From Nitrososphaerota archaeon (lineage in GTDB: Archaea > Thermoproteota > Nitrososphaeria_A > Caldarchaeales > Calditenuaceae): a stretch of DNA of 32,000 bases. The notes below the pieces were generated by a model. It saw only the letters and a program-made list of their open reading frames with translations, searched no databases and was not told where the DNA came from. Shown here piece by piece: positions 25,153 to 32,000 of this stretch (within the stretch, counting starts at the first letter, position 1; each line of letters starts with the position of its first letter). The stretch lies in assembly GCA_041641295.1 (NCBI GenBank), contig JBEPYO010000001.1, positions 485,262-517,261 of the forward strand, written 5' to 3'. The position numbers and the translations under genes are program-made.

Positions 25153-28100
25153 CTAGGCAATCCTGCCCTCTTCCTCCAGCAATATGGCGACTGTCAGCAT
25201 ACCTTGCTCGAGCGTCCACTCCCGCCTATACGCAGTGCTAGGAATCTCTTTACCAGCACCCAAGCTTATCCTAGTCCTTGTCTCCTCCTCTATGTACTCG
25301 ATCAAAGGCTTAAGACTCTCCTGGAGCGGCTGAGGCTCAATCGAGACCAAGCACGATACCTCCTTGGTAATTTCTAGGTTGAGCTCCTTCCTCATGACCT
25401 GGATCCTCCTTATCACCTCGTTGGCGAGAGATATTGACTTCAACCTCTCATCCTCAGACACGTCTATGTAGACATGCACGAACCGCCCCTCACCCTCAAA
25501 CAAGTGGCTTGGAAGCTCCTCCACAACCTGGAAATCACCCTCGACCAAGTCGAAGACAGAGCCGTCACTTAACATCAGAGTGTAGCGTCCAGTCCTAGTG
25601 ATCTGGTCCAATACCTCACCCACACGCGCCCTAGATAAAGCCTCTGAGACGAGTGGGAGCTTCTTCCCAGCCCTAGGGCCTAGACGCGAGTTTACTGGTA
25701 CGAGCCTCCTGATTATTTCGGCTGGCTTCTGACCAACGTCTAGAACCTCGACAGAGAAGCTGTTGGTCATCCTCTCTATGTAGGATCTCAGGGCCTGGAC
25801 TGATTCCTTGGCGCGCGGAGACTTGGGCGCGATGATTGTACGCCTAAGGGGCCAGCGCAGCTTCCTCCTCGCCTTATTCCTAGCGTTAAGTGTTGCGGCG
25901 ATTACGTCCTCAGCCACCTGCATCTGGTCCTCTATCTCGGGGTTGATGAGGGCTTCGTCAGGCCGTGGCCACTTGTTTAGGCAGACACTGAGGGGGTCGT
26001 TCTCGGTCTTGAGCCGCTGGTATAGATACTCTGAGATGTAGGGGGCGAAGACGGATAGGACTGGCAGGAGTTTTCTCAGGACGTAGTGTAGTGTCGCGTA
26101 GGCGGCTATCTTCGATGGAGTCCTCTCCTCAATCCAGAACCTCCTCCTGACAGCGCGGACATATGTCCTGCTCAGATCCTCCACTATGAAGTTTAAGAGA
26201 CTTCTCGCCGCCTCATGAATCTCAAACCTCTCAATATTGGAGGTCACATACTTTATCAGCGTGTTTATCCTCGAGAGAATCCACCTGTCCTCAGGCTCCG
26301 CGTAGTTCAGCATAGCCCAGACGGTCTCCTTCTCCGGATCATACCTGTCCAAGTCAAAGTACGTCTTCGCAAATGAGACCACGTTCCACAGAATGTTAAG
26401 GGCTTGGTTGACTTGTTTAACTTCGTCCGGGTCGAAGTTTATTGTCTCCCAGCTCTGGGCCTTGCTTACTAGATAGAGCCTGACGTTATCCACACCCCAG
26501 TTATCCATCGCCTCCGTGGCCCAGAGCACGTTACCCCTGCTCTTTGACATCTTTTTCCCAAACTTGTCTAGGACGAAGTTCTGGCTTAGGACTGTCTTGT
26601 AGGGGGCTTTCCCGAACATCAGTGCTGATGTGAAGAGGAGGGTGTAGAACCAGCCCCTTGTCTGGTCTATCGCCTCGGTGATGAAATCGTAGGGAAAGAG
26701 CTTCTCGAATAGCCTCTTGTCTCCTAGCCAGTCTACACTCGCAAAATGCGCGACGCCAGAGTCCAGCCATGTATCCAGAACAAAGGGCTCCCTATACATC
26801 TCGCCACCACACTTCTCGCACCTGAATACGACCCTGTCCACCCAGGGCCTATGCATCCTCAGGGGAGTCGGCTTTTTCTCAGCCATCTCAAGCTCAGCCT
26901 TTGAGCCCACGGCCCGCGTGCTGCCGCATTTACTGCAGGTCCATATGTTGAGCGGAGTCCCCCAGACCCTTGTCCTAGATATGCACCAGTCCTCAGCGTT
27001 TTCGAGCCACTCCCCAAACCTGTTCTGCCCAGCCCAAGCCGGATACCACTTGACCTTCGCATTCTCCTCTATCATTAGCCTCTTGATCCTGTCAATCCTC
27101 AGGAACCATTGACGGCTTGTCAGATAGATGAGCGGTGTCCCACACCTCCAGCAGTGGGGGTAGGTGTGGAGTATCCGCCCCTCTTTAAGAAGCAATCCCT
27201 TATCCGCTAACACTCTTATCACCTTGTCAGCTGCATCCCTATACCCGAGACCAGCGAACCTCCCACCCTCCTCCGTGAAGACACCGCTAGTGCTGATTGG
27301 GCAGAATACAGGCAGCCCGTGGCTTTTACCCAGCTCGAAGTCCTCGGGCCCGTGGCCTGGGGCTATGTGGACCAGCCCAGTACCTTCTTCCATAGAGACG
27401 AAATCTGCCGGCAGGACTGTGTGGGCTGGAGGCACGTGGCTTGAATGCGCGTTTACTTCCTCGCCGAGAGGGTGAACATATCTCAGACCCACTAGGCTAG
27501 CACCTGTGAACCTGCTCACGACACTGTATCTTGTTATTCCCGCGTCGGAGCACACCTTTTCCAAGAGCTTCTGGGCAACAATCATCCTGCCAGCATCCGT
27601 CTCAAACTCAACATACTCTTCCTCCGGGTTGACTGCAACAGCCTCATTCGCAACTAGGGTCCAAGGCGTGGTTGTCCATATGACAAGATACCTCCCCCCA
27701 TCGCCTTCAAGTGGGAACTTCACATAGATAGAGTAGTCTTCAACCTCTTCGTATCCCTGCGCCACCTCGTGGGATGAGAGGGGAGTCTCACACCTTGGGC
27801 AGAAGGGTACTACCTTGAAGCTGACGACCAGGTCTCCACTCTCATAACACTTCTTCAACAAGTGCCACACATGCTCCATGTATCTCTCGTTCCGCGTCTG
27901 GTAGGCGGTGTCGTAGTCTAGCCATAGGCCTAGGCGCTCAGAAGCCTTCCTCCACTCATTGATATAATAGTCGACTAGGGCGTTTGCCTCTTCCACGAAC
28001 CTCTCCATCCCAACAGCCTCGATCTCCTTCTTACTGCTGATGCCGAGCCTCTTCTCAACCTCCAGCTCGGTGGGAAGTCCCTGACAGTCCCACCCAGCCC

Positions 28101-28341
28101 TCCGCCAGACATCAAGCCCCTTCATCGTCTGATACCTCAATACGATGTCTTTGTAGACCCGCCCCCTAGCATGGCCTATGTGCATGTAGGAGTTGACGGT
28201 CGGCGGCCCTTCGAGGAAGGAGAAGACAGGGGCGCCACGATTCATGTTCATGTGCTTCTTCGGAATATCATTCTCTGACCAGAACTTGGCTATCTCCTCT
28301 TCAACGCGTCTGAAGTCGTAGCGCGGTGGTAGCGCATACAT
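25153..28341 (-). CDS. ileS: Isoleucyl-tRNA synthetase
   Basis: 1062 aa with class I signatures GHARGR-type (MHIGHARGRVYKD context: NSYMHIGHARG), CWRCGTPLIYLTSRQWFLRI, and FVLDKFGKKMSKSRGNV. Confidence 0.96.
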   Translation of the reverse strand: MYALPPRYDFRRVEEEIAKFWSENDIPKKHMNMNRGAPVFSFLEGPPTVNSYMHIGHARGRVYKDIVLRYQTMKGLDVWRRAGWDCQGLPTELEVEKRLGISSKKEIEAVGMERFVEEANALVDYYINEWRKASERLGLWLDYDTAYQTRNERYMEHVWHLLKKCYESGDLVVSFKVVPFCPRCETPLSSHEVAQGYEEVEDYSIYVKFPLEGDGGRYLVIWTTTPWTLVANEAVAVNPEEEYVEFETDAGRMIVAQKLLEKVCSDAGITRYSVVSRFTGASLVGLRYVHPLGEEVNAHSSHVPPAHTVLPADFVSMEEGTGLVHIAPGHGPEDFELGKSHGLPVFCPISTSGVFTEEGGRFAGLGYRDAADKVIRVLADKGLLLKEGRILHTYPHCWRCGTPLIYLTSRQWFLRIDRIKRLMIEENAKVKWYPAWAGQNRFGEWLENAEDWCISRTRVWGTPLNIWTCSKCGSTRAVGSKAELEMAEKKPTPLRMHRPWVDRVVFRCEKCGGEMYREPFVLDTWLDSGVAHFASVDWLGDKRLFEKLFPYDFITEAIDQTRGWFYTLLFTSALMFGKAPYKTVLSQNFVLDKFGKKMSKSRGNVLWATEAMDNWGVDNVRLYLVSKAQSWETINFDPDEVKQVNQALNILWNVVSFAKTYFDLDRYDPEKETVWAMLNYAEPEDRWILSRINTLIKYVTSNIERFEIHEAARSLLNFIVEDLSRTYVRAVRRRFWIEERTPSKIAAYATLHYVLRKLLPVLSVFAPYISEYLYQRLKTENDPLSVCLNKWPRPDEALINPEIEDQMQVAEDVIAATLNARNKARRKLRWPLRRTIIAPKSPRAKESVQALRSYIERMTNSFSVEVLDVGQKPAEIIRRLVPVNSRLGPRAGKKLPLVSEALSRARVGEVLDQITRTGRYTLMLSDGSVFDLVEGDFQVVEELPSHLFEGEGRFVHVYIDVSEDERLKSISLANEVIRRIQVMRKELNLEITKEVSCLVSIEPQPLQESLKPLIEYIEEETRTRISLGAGKEIPSTAYRREWTLEQGMLTVAILLEEEGRIA

Positions 28342-28377
28342 TTCTCAGTCTAAGGGATTGTTGATGAATCTCGATAT

Positions 28378-28445
28378 TTTAGTCTTTTAAAACCCCCGCC
28401 CCTAGCTGGCAGCTATGTAGGTTAACGTGAAACATTTAAAAACAC
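28378..28445. promoter_or_regulatory. Divergent promoter region with TATA-like elements for ileS (-) and slipin (+)
   Basis: tcttttaaaaccccc (reverse strand ttttaaaaga) at about 28380-28390 faces ileS, and acatttaaaaacac at about 28432-28445 faces the slipin gene. Confidence 0.5.
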
Positions 28446-28467
28446 GGCCCCCGTATTGAGAGGTGAA

Positions 28468-29268
28468 ATGGTGCTAACTCTCCAAGTGGGTGTAGGAACC
28501 ATCATTGGCCTTATACTACTAATCATCATACTGATTATAATCCTAGCTTCAGCGATCAGGGTTGTCAGAGAGTATGAGAGGGCTGTCATCTTCCGTCTCG
28601 GAAGGGTTATAGGGGCGAAAGGCCCGGGCCTAATACTTCTGATACCCATAGTCGACCAGCCCAGAATTATCGATCTCAGGATAATCACATTTGACGTGCC
28701 GCGTCAGCGTATCGTGACTAGGGATAACGTGACTGTGGAGGTTGATGCCGTAGTTTATATGCGGGTGGAGGACCCGCTGGCAGCTGTCCTGAGGGTGAGG
28801 GACTACCAAATTGCAACAAGCCTATTGGCTCAGACGACTTTGAGAGACGTGATAGGCCAAGTCGAGCTTGACGACCTGCTGGCGAGAAGGGATGAGCTCA
28901 GCAAGAAGATACAGATGATTTTGGATGAGGCGACGGAGCCTTGGGGGATTAAGGTGACCAACGTCTCTATCAGGGATGTCGTTCTCCCCGAGTCTATGCA
29001 GAGGGCTATGGCTAGGCAGGCAGAGGCTGAGAGGGAGAAGAGGAGCAGGATCATAATAGCTGAGGGTGAGCTCCTCGCAGCCCAGAAGATGGCGGATGCA
29101 GCCGCAGTCTATGCAACTAATCCCTATGCAATGAGGCTGAGGGAACTCCAGACTTGGGCCGAGATTGCGAGGGAGAAGAACTTGATAATAGTTACCGAGG
29201 GAGGGGGCGCGCTGGGAAGCCTAGTGGGAGTCGCGAGGGGCGTCGCCCAGGAAAGTCCGAAAAAGTAG
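28468..29268 (+). CDS. SPFH/stomatin-family membrane protein (slipin)
   Basis: N-terminal TM, VVREYERAVIFRLGRVIGAKGPGLILLIPIVDQPRIIDLRI...NVTVEVDAVVYMRVEDPLAAVLRVRDYQIATSLLAQTTLRDVIG. ATG 28468 behind gaggtgaa is preferred over TTG 28456. Confidence 0.93.
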   Translation: MVLTLQVGVGTIIGLILLIIILIIILASAIRVVREYERAVIFRLGRVIGAKGPGLILLIPIVDQPRIIDLRIITFDVPRQRIVTRDNVTVEVDAVVYMRVEDPLAAVLRVRDYQIATSLLAQTTLRDVIGQVELDDLLARRDELSKKIQMILDEATEPWGIKVTNVSIRDVVLPESMQRAMARQAEAEREKRSRIIIAEGELLAAQKMADAAAVYATNPYAMRLRELQTWAEIAREKNLIIVTEGGGALGSLVGVARGVAQESPKK

Positions 29269-29278
29269 CGCTTAGCCC

Positions 29279-30568
29279 TTGAGGACGGCATCAAGGTTAG
29301 CGGTTTCATCTATCCTCCTGCTCTACGTAGCCCTACTGGCACCTCTAGCCGCTGGGCAGGGGGAGATAATGTGGCTCAACATCTCAGGAAACATATCGCC
29401 GGCCACCGCTGAGTACATTACCGCCGCATTAGAGGGCTCCAGTGGATACAGAGCAGTTCTGATAACGATAGACACCTTCGGCGGTTTAGGCGACTCCACC
29501 TTCAAGATAATAGACGCTATGATGGCGTCGCCGACGCCTGTAATAGTCTACGTCTATCCGCCGGGGGGACAGTCCCTCTCTGCTGGGACGTATATTTTGA
29601 TGGCCTCAAGCCTCGCAGCCATGGCTCCCTACACAACCATCGGGTCCGCCCAACCCGTGGTTAACGGGGTTCCATCAAACGACACGAAACTCATCAACTT
29701 TCTCGTAGAGAAGATGAGAAGCATGGCCAGGCTACATGGTAGAAATGAGACACAGGCCGCCCGCTTTGTCACACACAATGATAACCTTGGGCCAGAGGAT
29801 GCTTTGAGGTATGGTGTAATAGAGATAATTGCGGCCGACACCTCGGAGCTGTTGGAGAAGGCCGATGGGGCAGTAGTCAAGACCATCCACGGCGAAGTAG
29901 TCCTCAACACCCGCGGCGCAAGGTTGGTGAAGATTGACCCCGACGTTAGGATTCAGGTGCTTCAGTTTCTGAGCGACCCGCTGGTCTCCGGGCTATTACT
30001 TACCCTCGGCGTCCTGATACTCATAGTTGGCCTCTCCACACCCGGGTTCGGCGCGGAGCTCTTGGGGGGTGTGCTGATTGTTTTAGGGCTCGTGGGGCAG
30101 GGGTTCAACCTGAACTGGGCCGGGCTCGCACTAGTAATCCTAGGCTCGGTACTCATACTCTACGAGTTCTACTCCGGAGGAATAATGGCTGCTATGATAG
30201 GAGGAATCATTTTATTATCACTGGGGCTGATCCTTTTAGTGCGGGCGCCCCCCGGGGTGATTTACGTGTCACAGGAGTGGCTCAATGAGCTTCAAATTGC
30301 CATTGGCCTAGTGGCTGCCTTCGGGGGTGGCATAACAGCCTTCATACTCTACAAGGCGCTCCGGACGGTTAAGCGGAAGTCCTTCGAACTAGTGCCGGTG
30401 GCGAAAGTTGGGCGGTCTGTTGAGGATATTGACGCTGGCAAGATAGGCTACGTAGTCGTTGCTGGAGAGTATAGGAGAGCAAAGGCTCTAAAGCCTGTTA
30501 GGCAGAATCAAACAATAAAAGTTGTTGGTGTTGAGGACAGGATTCTCCTAGTCGAGCCTCTCGAGTAG
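29279..30568 (+). CDS. nfeD: NfeD-family membrane-bound ClpP-class serine protease, full length with C-terminal OB domain
   Basis: AVLITIDTFGGLGDSTFKIIDAM...VIVYVYPPGGQSLSAGTYILMASSLAAMAPYTTIGSAQPV, four TM segments, and a C-terminal beta domain. Paired with slipin as in many archaea. Confidence 0.92.
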   Translation: MRTASRLAVSSILLLYVALLAPLAAGQGEIMWLNISGNISPATAEYITAALEGSSGYRAVLITIDTFGGLGDSTFKIIDAMMASPTPVIVYVYPPGGQSLSAGTYILMASSLAAMAPYTTIGSAQPVVNGVPSNDTKLINFLVEKMRSMARLHGRNETQAARFVTHNDNLGPEDALRYGVIEIIAADTSELLEKADGAVVKTIHGEVVLNTRGARLVKIDPDVRIQVLQFLSDPLVSGLLLTLGVLILIVGLSTPGFGAELLGGVLIVLGLVGQGFNLNWAGLALVILGSVLILYEFYSGGIMAAMIGGIILLSLGLILLVRAPPGVIYVSQEWLNELQIAIGLVAAFGGGITAFILYKALRTVKRKSFELVPVAKVGRSVEDIDAGKIGYVVVAGEYRRAKALKPVRQNQTIKVVGVEDRILLVEPLE

Positions 30569-30573
30569 GGTTT

Positions 30574-31011
30574 TTACTCGCTACCGAACCTGGTGCGAGG
30601 CCCCCTAGGAGACCAGCCCCGCCGCCTGGCACCCCCAGGCCTCGACGCACCCTGATAGACTGTCTTCTCGGATAGATTGTTCTCAACGTTCACGTTGCCT
30701 AGCTCCTCATCGGTTATCTCGAGCTTACCATATCTCCCCAAGTTCAGCTGCATCTTGCCTCTGAAGACCTTTACAAATGCGTTCGAGATCTTGACTGTGT
30801 CTCCCTCGTTTACCTTGTTTATGTTCTCGTCCCACAGGACTAGCTGTATTGCTCCTGTCTCATCGGCTATGAGCGACTCGGCGAGCTGGTGCTGGCTCTG
30901 GTCATACTGGCTTCCTACTGAGCGGGGCTCACTCTTAGACACTACTTTCGCGACAATGTTTACGTTCCGAGAGTTTGGTGTTAGGTTTTCAATCTTGTCT
31001 ACTCTTTCCAA
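30574..31011 (-). CDS. ssb: Single-stranded DNA-binding protein, single OB fold (crenarchaeal SSB-like)
   Basis: VDKIENLTPNSRNVNIVAKVVSKSEPRSV...ESLIADETGAIQLVLWDENINKVNEGDTVKISNAFVKVFRGKMQLNLGRYGKLEI with a basic Arg/Gly-rich C-terminal tail. Confidence 0.88.
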   Translation of the reverse strand: MERVDKIENLTPNSRNVNIVAKVVSKSEPRSVGSQYDQSQHQLAESLIADETGAIQLVLWDENINKVNEGDTVKISNAFVKVFRGKMQLNLGRYGKLEITDEELGNVNVENNLSEKTVYQGASRPGGARRRGWSPRGPRTRFGSE

Positions 31012-31141
31012 ACCTTTCCAACCACTTTAGGACGAGATATAACGCCGCCCCCGCTATATAAGTGTATCAGGACCCGCCGTCGCGGCTGTAATCAGCGGCT
31101 TATTACCCAGGTTAAATATCTCAGGAGCCAATCCAGCCCCC

Positions 31142-31786
31142 ATGAGAGGGCGAGACCTCATCGAGGCTCTGCGCAGAGAGCTCGAGGCCCTGAACAGACG
31201 TATAGAGCATCATCCATTTCTCACCGATGCGGAGAAGGGGCATCTATCCAGAGACAGGTTGAGACTCTTCGTAGAGAACCAGTACTACATTGTTTATCAC
31301 GATTTGAGGAGTCTGGCTGTTATGGTTAGCAGGGCATCACACCACGACGAGGCTGATTACCTCTCACGCCTCCAGCAGGGAGACCTCACAGCATTCCAAG
31401 CACTACTCAGGCTCGGCGAGGAGTTGGAGGCGCCTTTCAGAGAGTTTAGTGAGTTGAGAGTCATGCCAGGTGCTGTAGCCTATACTCACTATCTCGCTTG
31501 GCTCGCCCTCTATGGTGGAGCTGGTGAGCAGGTGGCTGCGTTGATCGTGAATCTGCCGGTCTGGGGCCGAGCTTGTCAGAGACTTGCAACGGCACTCAGG
31601 AAGAACTATGGGATCAGGTCTACCGAGTTCTTAGATGCCTTCGCCAATCCACCAGGCTGGGTTGAGGAGGAGGGTGGGAGGATTCTGGAGAGATATATGC
31701 CTGGTATCGAGGCGAGGGCTCGTCTTGTCTCTAGGATGATCCAGAGCTATGAGCTCGGCTTCTGGGACTCTATCTATGGTGGGTGA
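31142..31786 (+). CDS. TenA/PqqC-like (heme-oxygenase fold, CADD-like) protein
   Basis: 214 aa: HPFLTDAEKGHLSRDRLRLFVENQYYIVYHDLRSLAVMVSRA...PGAVAYTHYLAWLALYG...NLPVWGRACQRLATALRKNYGI. Confidence 0.72.
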   Translation: MRGRDLIEALRRELEALNRRIEHHPFLTDAEKGHLSRDRLRLFVENQYYIVYHDLRSLAVMVSRASHHDEADYLSRLQQGDLTAFQALLRLGEELEAPFREFSELRVMPGAVAYTHYLAWLALYGGAGEQVAALIVNLPVWGRACQRLATALRKNYGIRSTEFLDAFANPPGWVEEEGGRILERYMPGIEARARLVSRMIQSYELGFWDSIYGG

Positions 31787-31796
31787 GGGGTAGGTG

Positions 31797-32000
31797 TTGA
31801 GCGGCTTCACCGACCGTTTATGGTCCTCGGTCAGAGACATTTATGAGGCTATTCTGACACACCCGTTCCTAACAGGGCTAACTGATGGAAGCCTAGACTT
31901 GGAGGTCTTCAAGGGATACATAATTCAGGACGCCCTCTATCTCAGTAGGTTCGCCAAGGCGGTTGCACTTGTAGGGGCCAAGGCGCCGGACGACGACGCA
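31797..32000 (+). CDS. TenA-family (thiaminase II-like) protein, N-terminal part; runs off window
   Basis: Direct translation from TTG 31797: MSGFTDRLWSSVRDIYEAILTHPFLTGLTDGSLDLEVFKGYIIQDALYLSRFAKAVALVGAKAPDDDA. HPFLxGLxDGSLxxxxFxxYIxQDxxYL is characteristic of TenA. It is not in the ORF track because it is truncated. Confidence 0.8.
   Translation, partial: MSGFTDRLWSSVRDIYEAILTHPFLTGLTDGSLDLEVFKGYIIQDALYLSRFAKAVALVGAKAPDDDA

Noticed and set aside
26717-27112. 131-aa plus-strand ORF
   Set aside because: Antisense to ileS, with no domain-like pattern.
28468-30568. Slipin-NfeD pair as a novel system
   Set aside because: This is a well-known conserved pair in archaea and bacteria, with intact-looking domains and nothing unusual.
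1-32000. CRISPR arrays, tRNA/rRNA genes, transposases, integrases, phage genes
   Set aside because: I looked for regularly spaced repeats, cloverleaf-like intergenic stretches and mobile-element signatures and found none; intergenic regions are short and mostly explained by promoters. A tRNAscan-SE or Infernal run would be needed to exclude small RNAs.

Overview
This is a dense, chromosomal archaeal window, probably from a thermophilic TACK lineage close to Aigarchaeota/Caldiarchaeales or Thaumarchaeota (inferred from gene content and unsplit rpoA). I see no CRISPR array, tRNA, rRNA or transposon. Recognised blocks, left to right: C-terminal part of an acetoacetyl-CoA synthetase; a VapBC-like toxin-antitoxin pair; a TFE-beta/RPC34-like factor with an Fe-S motif; a heme-copper oxidase operon (coxB, a coxA-coxC fusion, subunit IV, and an unannotated 30-aa membrane ORF); a minus-strand DNA repair cluster (radA, a RadA paralog lacking both Walker motifs, a small protein, and a family B DNA polymerase with no recognisable exonuclease motifs); the rpoH-rpoB-rpoA-rpl30e-nusA operon; a thiol/Fe-S redox group; a beta-CASP/MBL nuclease; an inverted PyrF-PyrE fusion; a prenyl synthase; a nitroreductase; rio2-ileS; slipin-nfeD; an SSB; and two tandem TenA/PqqC-like genes. 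The best candidate system is the radA / pseudo-RadA / small protein / exo-less PolB cassette at 5849-10017, which resembles the logic of a mutasome. Its polB probably starts at a non-standard CTG overlapping the upstream stop codon (CTGA). The second most interesting signal is an 11-bp perfect inverted repeat just upstream of the cox operon promoter.
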